From Thermoanaerobaculia bacterium (lineage in GTDB: Bacteria; Acidobacteriota; Thermoanaerobaculia; Multivoradales; DATKCC01): a stretch of 38,953 nt of DNA. Below the pieces are notes generated by a model. That model was given only the letters and a program-made list of their open reading frames with translations, had not been told where the DNA came from and ran no database searches. Below, one piece after another: positions 24,450 through 32,662 of the stretch. Made by a program: the position numbers and the translations under genes. The stretch is from contig JBKHJP010000001.1 in the NCBI GenBank assembly GCA_046538065.1, positions 1-38,953 on the forward strand, written 5' to 3'. Within the stretch, counting starts at the first letter, position 1; the number at the start of each line of letters is the position of its first letter.

Positions 24450-25543
24450 CGCCAGGAGGCGGCGGCGGTCGGGTCGGGGAGCGCTCCTGCGTGCCCCAAT
24501 CCTCGCACGACGACGGCGGGTCCGGCCCCGGGCACGGGAAGGAACCCGGAGCGGACGAGGGCCCGGCGCTCCGGGGTGCCCCGGGAGGCCACGGCGGCCA
24601 GGTAGTCGGCGCCTCCCCTCCGGGGGCTCCGGGCGCTCTGGGCGAGGCGCCGCAGGAGCTCCCGGACCGCCCTCCCGCCGGCCTCGCCGGGGGGCGCCAG
24701 GACCTCCGAGACGACCACCTCCCGGAACCGGCCCCGGTGGCGCCCCCGGAAGATCACCGCAGCCGGGGCTCCGGCCCTACCGCCCCCGCCGGTCCAGAGT
24801 GCCCGGTAGTCGAGGCCCGGCGGGTCGGCGTAGCGCCACCGGAGGTAGCTCCGGTCGAGGGGGGTCCGGTAGCGCGGGTCCGCCGGGTCCACGTCCAGGG
24901 CCTCCAGGAGCCCGTCCAGTGCCGGAGCCTCCAGGAGCTCTGTCACCCCGGGGAAGGCCGACAGGTCCGGCGCCCGGGTCCGGAGGGCGTCCGGCCCACC
25001 GTCCCCGGAGCCGCCCTGTCGCCGGTCCTCTGGCCCGGCCCCGCCTCCGAGCCCTCCTCGGCCCCACCGCAGCGACGTGGCCACCGGCGCCAGGGGGCGC
25101 ACCAGGACCGGCGCCCGGCCCACGGGCCGCCAGCCCATCTTCCGATAGCCGGCGCCGCTGGCGCGGTTCGGGGTGTTGAAGACGAAGGCCGCGCCCTCGG
25201 CGGCGACCTCCTCCAGCAGGCGCCGGGTGAGCGTCGAAAAGACCCCCCGGCCGCGCCAGTCCGGGTGGGTGGCGGTGTCCACCGCCCGGACCGCCGGAAT
25301 GTCCCGTTCGCCGCTCCGCCAGCGCCACCGGAGGAAGGCCCGCAGGCCGACGATCCGTCCCTTGGCCTCCGCCAACAGGACGGGGGAGGGGCCGAAGGGG
25401 TTGGCCTCGTGCTTCCAGCGCCAGAACTCCTCCGTCCGGGGGACCGACCCTTCCCCCAGGCAGAGGGCCAGGAGCTCCACCAGGCAGGGCCGGTCCTCCG
25501 GCCGGGCCGGCCGGACCGTGAGCTCAGGACCGCCCGGCGGCAT
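24419..25543 (-). CDS. Long GNAT-family acyltransferase (N-terminal GNAT domain plus a roughly 200-aa C-terminal domain)
   Basis: ORF 24419..25543(-). Motifs seen: VRPARPEDRPCLVELL, FWRWKHEANPFGPS, HPDWRGRGVFSTLTRRLLEEVAAEGAAFVFNTPNRASGAGYRKMGW and YLRWRY. It ends ...SWRWSGGSLEVF. It is a paralogue of 27945..29009. Confidence 0.7.
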   Translation of the reverse strand: MPPGGPELTVRPARPEDRPCLVELLALCLGEGSVPRTEEFWRWKHEANPFGPSPVLLAEAKGRIVGLRAFLRWRWRSGERDIPAVRAVDTATHPDWRGRGVFSTLTRRLLEEVAAEGAAFVFNTPNRASGAGYRKMGWRPVGRAPVLVRPLAPVATSLRWGRGGLGGGAGPEDRRQGGSGDGGPDALRTRAPDLSAFPGVTELLEAPALDGLLEALDVDPADPRYRTPLDRSYLRWRYADPPGLDYRALWTGGGGRAGAPAAVIFRGRHRGRFREVVVSEVLAPPGEAGGRAVRELLRRLAQSARSPRRGGADYLAAVASRGTPERRALVRSGFLPVPGAGPAVVVRGLGHAGALPDPTAAASWRWSGGSLEVF

Positions 25544-26654
25544 CCACCACCTCCCGGTAGAGAGCTTCCAGCTCGCCGAGCATGCGATCGGTCCCGAACT
25601 CCTCCGCCACCCGCCGGCGACCCGCCCGGCCCAGGGCCTCCCGCTCCGCCGGGCTCGCCAGGAGCTCCAGGATCGCTACGGTGGCCTCCTCCGGCCGGCC
25701 GAAGGGGACCAGCCGGCCCGTCTCGCCGTGGCGGACCACCTCCGGGATTCCACCCACCCGGGTGGAGACTACCGGCAGCTCCAGGGCCATGGCCTCGAGC
25801 AGCACCAGGGGGAGCCCCTCGAACTCGGAGGTGATCAGGAGGAGATCCATGGCGGACAGGAAGGGCCGGACGTCGTCCTGGAGGCCGGGGAAGGTGACGG
25901 CGTCCTGGATCCCGAGCTCCCGGCCCCGGGACTCCGCCTCCTCCCGGAGGGGGCCGTCTCCCACCAGGACGAAGCGGGTCTCCGGGCGGCGGCGGAGCAC
26001 CTCGCGGGCCGCCTCCAGCCAGAGGTCCAGGCGCTTCTGGCGCCGGAAGACGGCGACCTGGCCCACCACCGGGGCGTCCTCCGGGATCCCCAGGCGCCGC
26101 CGGACGGCGGCCCCGGCCTCCGGGTCCCGGCGCAGGTGGGCCACCGGCACGCCGTTTCGCACCACCCGCACCGGCACCCGGGAGCCGGCGTGCCGGGCGA
26201 TGGAGTCCGCCACTTCGCCGGAGACGGCCACCACCCGCTCCTGGAGCCGCCAGGTCCAGAGGTTGGCCCGGCGGGTCCAGGGGTGGTAGCGCTCCATCAG
26301 GTTGTGCTCGGTGTAGACCACGGGGACGCCAGCGCGGCGCCCGGCGAGGCGCCCCGCCACCCCCGCCAGGGGCAGGTGGCAGTGGAGGAGGTCGGCCCGC
26401 CACTCCCGGAGGAAGGCGGCGATCCGGGGAACCCGGGCGAGCATCCCGGGGGCGCCCCGGGCGGAGAACCGGACCACCTCGACGCCCGCCTCCCGGAGCG
26501 GTTCCTCCAGGGCGTCCTTCCAGGGCAGGAAGTAGCCCGCGCCGTAGGTCACGGACCCCGTGGGCCCTCCGCCCCCGCAGCCCAGCAGCAGGCCCTCGGC
26601 CCCGCCCCGGCCGAGCCCCTTGATCAGGTGGAAGACCTGGAGGGGCTCAGCCAC
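25524..26654 (-). CDS. GT4-family glycosyltransferase
   Basis: In-frame part of ORF 25524..27320(-). The GTG at 26654 (VAEPLQVFHLIKGLGRGGAEG) overlaps the upstream stop by 8 nt. Motifs seen: GQVAVFRRQKRLDLWLEAA and the E-x7-E region SEFEGLPLVLLEAMALELPVV. Confidence 0.85.
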   Translation of the reverse strand: MAEPLQVFHLIKGLGRGGAEGLLLGCGGGGPTGSVTYGAGYFLPWKDALEEPLREAGVEVVRFSARGAPGMLARVPRIAAFLREWRADLLHCHLPLAGVAGRLAGRRAGVPVVYTEHNLMERYHPWTRRANLWTWRLQERVVAVSGEVADSIARHAGSRVPVRVVRNGVPVAHLRRDPEAGAAVRRRLGIPEDAPVVGQVAVFRRQKRLDLWLEAAREVLRRRPETRFVLVGDGPLREEAESRGRELGIQDAVTFPGLQDDVRPFLSAMDLLLITSEFEGLPLVLLEAMALELPVVSTRVGGIPEVVRHGETGRLVPFGRPEEATVAILELLASPAEREALGRAGRRRVAEEFGTDRMLGELEALYREVVDAAGRS

Positions 26655-27864
26655 GGATGCCTCCGGCGAGGCGCCGATAGAGCTTCTCGAAGCGCTCGAC
26701 GATCCGGTCCAGGGCGAAGCAGTGGCGGACGTGCTCCCGCCCCGCCGCGCCCATGCGGGAGCGGAGCTCGCCGTCGGCCAGGAGCTGCTCCAGGGCACCG
26801 GCCAGGGCCTCCGGGTCGCCGGGGGGGACCAGCAGGCCGGTCGTTCCGTCCACCACCGCGTCCGGCACCGAGCCCACGGCGGTGGCGACCACGGGGAGCC
26901 CCCGGGCCGCCGCCTCCAGGACCACGCCGGGGACCCCTTCGATCCGGCTCGGGAGGACCAGCAGGTCGGCCCCCGCCATCCACGCGGAGAGGTTCCGCCG
27001 GGCACCGAGGAAGAGCACCCGGCCGTTGAGGCCGAGAGAGCCGGCGAGGGCCTCGATCTCTCGCCGGAGGGGGCCGTCCCCCGCCAGGACCAGGCGAGCC
27101 TCCCGGTGGCGCTCCGCCACCCGGGCGAAGGCCCGGAGCAGGGTGGCGTGGTCCTTCTCCGGAGTGAAGCTTCCTGCGTGGAGGAGCACCGGGCCCCGGA
27201 GCGATCCGGCTTCGCGGCTGCCGGAGCCTGGGCCGGCGGAGGTTCTTGGCGGCTCGACCGCGGGGTCCCGGTTGAGCGCGGCTCGGACCTCCGCCTTGAC
27301 ATCCGACCGGAGCTCGTCAAGCACCGCCTCCAGCCGCCGGCGGCCCCCTTCCCGGTCCAGCCGCTCCGGCACCGGCGTGCCGATGGGGATCGTCTCGATC
27401 CGCTCCGGCGGCAGCCGGTGGACCTCTCCGAAGTCCCGGGCCGAGGCCGCGCTCACGGCGGCGACGGCGGCCGCCTGGCCGGCGAGCCACCGGTTCCACG
27501 TCCGGTGGACCGGCCCCCGGAGCCAGGCGCTGGCGAGGCTGATGTTGCGGTAGACCAGCGGGGTGCGGTCCCGGACGAGGCGGCGGGCCAGGACCAGGTA
27601 CTTGAGCGTGTCGGAGCCGTTGGCCTGGACCACGTCCGGTCGCCAGGCCCGGAGGAAGGCCGCGGTGGACCCGAGCAGGCCCGGCGACAGGCCGCGGCTC
27701 CGGTGGGCTCCCAGGTCCGTGATCTCCACTCCCTCCGGCTCCAGGGGCGGCTCCCCGGGAGCGTAGAGCGCCGCCAGGACCACCGCGTGCCCCCGGGCTG
27801 CCAGCCCCCCGGCGAGCTGCCCGGCGAAGACCTCCGCCCCCCGGAGCTGGCGCCGGGTCACCAC
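26647..27864 (-). CDS. GT4-family glycosyltransferase
   Basis: In-frame part of ORF 26647..28251(-). Motifs seen: (LRIAQ)VVTRRQLRGAEVFAGQLAGGLAARGH, LLHAGSFTPEKDHATLLRAF and SRIEGVPGVVLEAAARGLPVV. The start is unclear. The conserved LRIAQ has no canonical start codon, so I take the GTG at 27864 or 27861. A CTG at 27948, next to the upstream stop, is the only earlier option. Confidence 0.75.
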   Translation of the reverse strand: MVTRRQLRGAEVFAGQLAGGLAARGHAVVLAALYAPGEPPLEPEGVEITDLGAHRSRGLSPGLLGSTAAFLRAWRPDVVQANGSDTLKYLVLARRLVRDRTPLVYRNISLASAWLRGPVHRTWNRWLAGQAAAVAAVSAASARDFGEVHRLPPERIETIPIGTPVPERLDREGGRRRLEAVLDELRSDVKAEVRAALNRDPAVEPPRTSAGPGSGSREAGSLRGPVLLHAGSFTPEKDHATLLRAFARVAERHREARLVLAGDGPLRREIEALAGSLGLNGRVLFLGARRNLSAWMAGADLLVLPSRIEGVPGVVLEAAARGLPVVATAVGSVPDAVVDGTTGLLVPPGDPEALAGALEQLLADGELRSRMGAAGREHVRHCFALDRIVERFEKLYRRLAGGIRG

Positions 27865-27944
27865 CTGGGCGATCCGGAGACGGCGGGCGTCCGGCGGGCC
27901 GCCGGCACCGGGGCGGGGGGCTCCCTCTGCCTGGCGGATCGCGG

Positions 27945-29009
27945 TCAGAAGACCTCCAGCTCGCCGAGGGTCAGGTCCCAGGAGGGCTCGGGCCCCCCTT
28001 CGCCGCCGGCAGGGAGCAGGGGCTTCGTGGTGACGATCCGCCGCTGGCGCGGGACCTTCCAGAAGCCCGCCCGGCGGAGCGCGGCGTGCTCCATCGTCCC
28101 CTCCGGGAAGTAGGTGAGGACGTAACCGGCTCCCAGGTGCCGCCTCAGGTCCTGGAGGAGGGCCGCCGCCTCCTGGGCCGACGGCTCTCGGAGGAAGAGC
28201 TCGGTGACGATGGCTGTGGGCAGGCCCCGCTTGCCGGCGGCGGCCCGCCACACCACGAAGCCCCGGAGCTCCTCGCCCTGGGCGGTGAAGAACGTCCGGT
28301 AGCCCACGGTGGGGATCGCGCCGTAGCGCCAGCGGAGGTACTCCGGGCTCCTGGGGGTCCGGAGGCCGACCCGGGTCCGGCCCGCTTCGTGGGCCGCGGC
28401 CACCTCCTCCACCTGGGGGCCGAAGCGCTCCAGGAGCCCCTCCCAGGTGGGGAAGCGGGCACCGCCGGGCGACTCCGGCGGCGCCGCCGGCTCCGCGGGT
28501 CCGGAGCCCCGCACCAGCGCCCGGAGCGTGGCCAGGCTATGGACCGGCGCCCAGTACTGGGGCAAGCGCCCGGCGATCCGCCAGCCGGTCTTCATGTTCC
28601 GCCCCAAAGTGAGGGGGTTGGGGGTGTCGAAGAAGAGGCGCACCCCGCGCTCCCGGAGGTCCTCCTCGGTCCGGCGATCGATCCTGGTGTAAAGGCCCTT
28701 CCTCTGGTGCTCCGGGTAGGTCGAGCCGTCGCACGGGCGGGTGGCGGGGACGGCTTCGCCTTCCGGCGTGTGGAGCGTCCACGGCATGGCGTGCTGGACG
28801 CTCACCACCCGGTCGCCCTCCCGGCGGCTCCGGGCCACCCCCACGTACGACGGGCCGAAGGGGCTCCGCCGGTGCTTCCAGCCCCAGAACGGCTCCGACC
28901 AGCGGGTGATGGGGGTCTCGCCGATCATGGCCCGGAGGAGCTCCCGCACGGCGGGTTCCTCCTCCGGGGTGGCGGTTTCGATGGTGTAGGCGTCGGTTGC
29001 GTCGCTCAT
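27945..29009 (-). CDS. Long GNAT-family acyltransferase, paralogue of 24419..25543
   Basis: ORF 27945..29009(-). Motifs seen: IETATPEEEPAVRELL, FWGWKHRRSPFGPS, YPEHQRKGLYTRIDRRTEEDLRERGVRLFFDTPNPLTLGRNMKTGW and YLRWRY. It ends ...SWDLTLGELEVF. The ATG overlaps the upstream TGA (ATGA at 29006-29009). Confidence 0.7.
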   Translation of the reverse strand: MSDATDAYTIETATPEEEPAVRELLRAMIGETPITRWSEPFWGWKHRRSPFGPSYVGVARSRREGDRVVSVQHAMPWTLHTPEGEAVPATRPCDGSTYPEHQRKGLYTRIDRRTEEDLRERGVRLFFDTPNPLTLGRNMKTGWRIAGRLPQYWAPVHSLATLRALVRGSGPAEPAAPPESPGGARFPTWEGLLERFGPQVEEVAAAHEAGRTRVGLRTPRSPEYLRWRYGAIPTVGYRTFFTAQGEELRGFVVWRAAAGKRGLPTAIVTELFLREPSAQEAAALLQDLRRHLGAGYVLTYFPEGTMEHAALRRAGFWKVPRQRRIVTTKPLLPAGGEGGPEPSWDLTLGELEVF

Positions 29010-30244
29010 GGGGCTCGGGGCGTGTCCTTCAGCACGGTTCGATATAGGCGCGCCATGCGGGCGGCGCCGCGCTCCAGGGAGAATCGCTCCAGGTAGACCG
29101 CCCGTCCCCGCTCACCGAGCAGCCGGGCCCTCGAGGGCTCGTCCAGCAGCCGCCCCAGGGCGGCGGCCAGGCTCCGGGGGTCCTCGGGGGGCACCAGGAC
29201 GGCGCTCGTCTCCGGCTCCACGACCTCGCGCAGCGGGGCGATGTCCGAGCAGGCCACGGGGAGGCCGAGGGCCATGGCTTCGATCACCGCGCCGCCGATC
29301 CCCTCGTAGAGCGACGGGAAGGCGAAGACGTCCCCCGCGGCCAGGACTTCGGGCACGTCGGAGCGGTTGCCGAGGAACCGCACGCTGCCTTCCAGGTCCA
29401 GCTCCTCCCGGAGTCGCCGGAGCTCCGGTGTCATGCGGCCCTCCTTGCCGGCGACCACCACCTTCAGGTGAGGGCGCTCCGGGGCCAGGAGGGCCGCCGC
29501 TTCGATGAGGAAGCGGTGTCCCTTCTGGTAGTCCTGCCGCCCGACGTTGACCACCACCTCGTCGGCCGGATCGAGGCCGAGCTTACGCCTGGCCCGTTCC
29601 CGCCGGGCGAGGCTCGGCACGCCCAGTCGCGACGCGTCCCGACCCCGGGGCACCACCGCGATCCGCTCCGGCGGCAGCCGGAGGGTCCTAACCGCCGAGT
29701 CCTTCACCGCCTCGGTCAGGGCGTGGAAGTGGCTCGTCAGGAGGCGGCCGGTGACGGCGTCCAGGAGCTGCACGGCCCGAAGGCGGAGCCGGGAGATGTT
29801 CGGGTCCCGGAAGCGAGCCGCCTCATAGCTGGTGTTGACCAGGCTGGAGAGCACCGGGATCCCGGTCCCGGCGGCGGCCAGACGCCCCACCAGGTCGGCC
29901 TCGAAGAGCATGGTGTGGACCAGGTCGGGAGGGCTCCGGCGGAGACTCCGCCGGAGGCTCCGGACCTGCGTCACCGGCCCCCGTCCGGGGATCACCTCCA
30001 CCGGGCAGGTCACCCAGGCGTCGCGGCGGAAGGCCTCCGGGGTGGAGCGCAGGCAGGCGATCGAGGGCGCGATCCCCTCCGCCCGGAGGCCGGCGACCAG
30101 GTCCACCAGGGAGCGCTCCGTGCCCCCGGGGCCGAGCTGGTTGATGACGAAGAGGACCGACAGGGCCTTCCGTGTAGCGCCTCGCGATTCGGACGACCCA
30201 GACCCACCGTCAGAAGCAGGCCCTTCAGGGACGACCGAGTGCAT
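29006..30244 (-). CDS. GT4-family glycosyltransferase
   Basis: In-frame part of ORF 29006..30724(-), with the ATG at 30244 (MHSVVPEG...). Motifs seen: LSVLFVINQLGPGGTERSLVDLV, NVGRQDYQKGHRFLIEAA and SLYEGIGGAVIEAMALGLPV. It overlaps the upstream gene by 20 nt. Confidence 0.85.
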   Translation of the reverse strand: MHSVVPEGPASDGGSGSSESRGATRKALSVLFVINQLGPGGTERSLVDLVAGLRAEGIAPSIACLRSTPEAFRRDAWVTCPVEVIPGRGPVTQVRSLRRSLRRSPPDLVHTMLFEADLVGRLAAAGTGIPVLSSLVNTSYEAARFRDPNISRLRLRAVQLLDAVTGRLLTSHFHALTEAVKDSAVRTLRLPPERIAVVPRGRDASRLGVPSLARRERARRKLGLDPADEVVVNVGRQDYQKGHRFLIEAAALLAPERPHLKVVVAGKEGRMTPELRRLREELDLEGSVRFLGNRSDVPEVLAAGDVFAFPSLYEGIGGAVIEAMALGLPVACSDIAPLREVVEPETSAVLVPPEDPRSLAAALGRLLDEPSRARLLGERGRAVYLERFSLERGAARMARLYRTVLKDTPRAP

Positions 30245-31151
30245 GGTGGAGGAGGGGATGCAGTCCTGAGGCGATGATGCGGAACCTGTCTGCGGACGCC
30301 GTGGAGTTGACCCGAACCCGGGAAATTCGAAGCGGGTCCTCAGGCGGCCAGGTGGAGATTCGGTGGTCGAAGAGAAAGCCCACTCGGTAGCCTGCTCGTT
30401 GCACCGCTTCTCGAACTCTGGGGTCGTGATCTCCGTTTGGGTAAGCAAAGGCCCTGGGCTCGTGTCCGAGCAAGGAGGATAGTACTCCACGGGCTTCCCG
30501 CAGCTCCCATTCGATCTTCTCGTCGGAGCACCGGGGCAGGCAAGGGTGCGTCGCGCTGTGGCTCCCGATCTCGATCCCGGCCTCCTCGAGGACCGACAGG
30601 TCCTGCGGCCGAAGGTGAGGCCGAGGCTCGGCCGGCTGAGCCGCGGTTTGTCGCAGCTCGTGTAGGCATCGGAGGCGGGTCTCGTCGTCCACCCGTTTGA
30701 GGCTCCGGATGATTGACGCGGCATCGTCGGGGGGCCAGCTCCTGATTCGGCCTCCGGCCCGAATCAGGGACTCGACCTCTTCCCACCAGAACGGCTGCGT
30801 GGTGCCAAGAAGTCCGGTGACCACGAACGCCACCGCCGGGATTCCCCGTTCCTGCAACACGGGTCGGGCTACCTCGAGGAGCGAAGGATCGGCGTCGTCG
30901 AACGTGACGAGGGCGGCGCGAGGAGGCAGCGGACTCTCGCCCCCAAAACCATGAACCACCTCCTCCAGGCTCACCGGGTGATGAGTCCGACACAGCCAGT
31001 CCATCTGCGCGGTGAAGGTGTCGCGATCCCGGGTGTGATGATAGGCGAGTACGGTGAGCTCCAGCCGTCCGCGCTGACTGAAGAAAGCCTGGAAGGGAGA
31101 CCGGGCGAGAGCTGCATCCAGGGTGCGTACTGCCATAGCGGTGAAGGCCAT
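30225..31151 (-). CDS. Polysaccharide deacetylase (CE4, PF01522)
   Basis: In-frame part of ORF 30225..31205(-), whose listed start is a GTG. The ATG at 31151, preceded by AGGGAAG, is preferred. Motifs seen: LTVLAYHH, ALVTFDDADPSLLEVARPVLQERGIPAVAFV, EIGSHSATHP and FAYPNGD. By position it is probably the first gene of the long minus-strand gene run. Confidence 0.8.
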   Translation of the reverse strand: MAFTAMAVRTLDAALARSPFQAFFSQRGRLELTVLAYHHTRDRDTFTAQMDWLCRTHHPVSLEEVVHGFGGESPLPPRAALVTFDDADPSLLEVARPVLQERGIPAVAFVVTGLLGTTQPFWWEEVESLIRAGGRIRSWPPDDAASIIRSLKRVDDETRLRCLHELRQTAAQPAEPRPHLRPQDLSVLEEAGIEIGSHSATHPCLPRCSDEKIEWELREARGVLSSLLGHEPRAFAYPNGDHDPRVREAVQRAGYRVGFLFDHRISTWPPEDPLRISRVRVNSTASADRFRIIASGLHPLLHHALGRP

Positions 31152-31525
31152 GATTGTCTTCCCTGACGAACCGCGGTGCCGGGTCCACTTCTGATGCGCT
31201 TTCACTCGACCTCACCCCCATTGTACTTCCCGTGGCGGTGACTCTCCGCCAACTTCGCGTCGCCCAGTCGCATACAGCCGGCCGAGATAATGGAACTCCG
31301 CCTCTCCACCTTGACGTTGAGTCTATTGCCGTGGGCCGGCAGGCTCAAACTCGCCTTCCAACGGTCTCCACCATGATAGGATTCCGTTTCTTGGTCGAGA
31401 GGGAAACCGCAGTTGAGGAGCCCTACCTCCGCCACGTGCAGCCGCCTTGCGCAGACGATGGTTGAAGCTTACCTGAGCAGGTCGCTGACTTGGACGACAC
31501 TTTGCGCTTCCAGGAGTACTGACCG

Positions 31526-32362
31526 TTGAAGCCAAATGCCATAATCGCAGGCATGATGAAGTCCGGTACGACGTCCCTGTACCGCTGGTTGTGCAGACAC
31601 CCGCAGATGGTCTCGTGCGACGCCAAGGAACCTCACTACTTTTCCGAGCGATGGAGCCGAGGGGAAAGATGGTACGCTTCCCTCTTTCCGGCCTCCCCAA
31701 AGGAGGCGTTGACCTTCGAAGCCTCGCAAAGCTATAGCCATCCCGACCTGGCGAATGAGGTGGCGGCGCGGATTCGCAAGACGCTCCCAGAGGTTCGGCT
31801 GATCTTTGTTCTCCGGCATCCGGTCGCTCGGGCGCGCTCGGAATACCGGCATCAGGTTCAGAGAAGTCGCGAGCATCGCAGGTTTCTGGAGGCGGTCCGC
31901 GATCCGGCGAGTCCCTATCTTCGGAGGAGCATGTACTATACTTGCCTAAAGCCCTTCCTTGGCGCCTTTCCACGGGAACAGTTGATCTTCTTGCGCTTCG
32001 AAGACTTGTTTTCGAGCGATCATACTGAGTGGAGGCGTTTGCTCCTCCAGCTCAGGATTGAGGTGATCGACCGTCCCTCAGTTGCGGTTGAATCGACGCT
32101 CAGAGGCCCCCGACGGCGCAAGATGACGATGATCTTGGCCGGACTCGGTGGCGCGAGGGTCGCTACGCGCGTACCGCGTCGTCTGCGCCGACTTGTTCGT
32201 CCCCTGTTCGTCCAGGATGATTCGGACTACCGGGATCTGATCGATAGCTCTTGGGAACTGCTTCCTCCCGAGACAGAGGCGCTTGTTTGGGAGGATGTTG
32301 CTCGGATGGAGGAGTGGCTAGGCAGAGAGCTGGCCTGGTCAGAACAGCAACAGCCTCTGTAG
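31526..32362 (+). CDS. PAPS-type sulfotransferase-fold protein (second copy, opposite strand)
   Basis: ORF 31526..32362(+). The TTG start has an AGGAG 9 nt upstream (31512-31516). The 5'-PSB loop is AIIAGMMKSGTTSLYRWL. The 3'-PB-like motif is FVLRHPVARARSEYRH. GC is lower (47-63% in two hand-counted lines). Confidence 0.7.
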   Translation: MKPNAIIAGMMKSGTTSLYRWLCRHPQMVSCDAKEPHYFSERWSRGERWYASLFPASPKEALTFEASQSYSHPDLANEVAARIRKTLPEVRLIFVLRHPVARARSEYRHQVQRSREHRRFLEAVRDPASPYLRRSMYYTCLKPFLGAFPREQLIFLRFEDLFSSDHTEWRRLLLQLRIEVIDRPSVAVESTLRGPRRRKMTMILAGLGGARVATRVPRRLRRLVRPLFVQDDSDYRDLIDSSWELLPPETEALVWEDVARMEEWLGRELAWSEQQQPL

Positions 32363-32662
32363 GTGCTGGCGGCCGCGGCTTACGGGAACTCCTTTTACTC
32401 TTCGATCCGTGCGTTGAGGTCTTGAGAACTTTTCGCACGAACCGGCAGAACTGCGGAGATCGGTGGGGCGGGAACGACGACGGTGAAGATTGGCGTGCTC
32501 TACGTCGGGCCGGAACGGTCGTCCCATCGAAGGGCTCCTGGAGCACTCACCGGCCTGCTCCAGCCCAGCGCTCGACGGGAGCGATCGCTCCGGCCACCGC
32601 GACCCCTTGAGTGTGTACCAGGATCGGGTCGCTGGTGACCTCCCGCCTGCCACGGTAAGGTC

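Noticed and set aside
16388-30724. Very long alternative ORFs lie across the minus-strand operon: 16388..17602(+), 17595..19736(+), 18079..19299(-), 19585..21840(+), 19700..21079(-, upstream part), 20960..22450(+), 21105..22424(-), 23097..24605(+), 24491..25834(+), 24943..26403(-), 25173..27029(+), 26560..28113(+), 28086..29096(+) and 29468..30277(+). There are also long N-terminal extensions of 17907..20411, 21224..23095, 22105..24174, 25524..27320, 26647..28251 and 29006..30724.
   Set aside because: Each is out of frame or antisense to a gene with strong GT4, CE4, GNAT or sulfotransferase motifs, or would bury the whole upstream gene. The extensions are low-complexity P/R/G sequence. Starts placed at the stop/start overlaps give proteins of normal family length.
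31202-31465. ORFs 31202..31435(-, 77 aa) and 31154..31465(+, 103 aa) lie in the divergent spacer upstream of the long operon.
   Set aside because: They have no SD sequence, no recognisable motif and overlap each other. The region is more plausibly promoter and leader sequence for the deacetylase and sulfotransferase genes. I could not identify convincing -35/-10 boxes either.
32363-32662. A 300-nt convergent spacer lies between the second sulfotransferase and the Capsule_synth-like gene. I searched it for a terminator, small RNA or missed gene. The palindrome GCCGCGGC is at 32372-32379.
   Set aside because: There is no stem-loop followed by a T-tract. The overlapping ORFs (32163..32546-, 32251..32610+, 32339..32653-) have no motifs and shadow-like composition.
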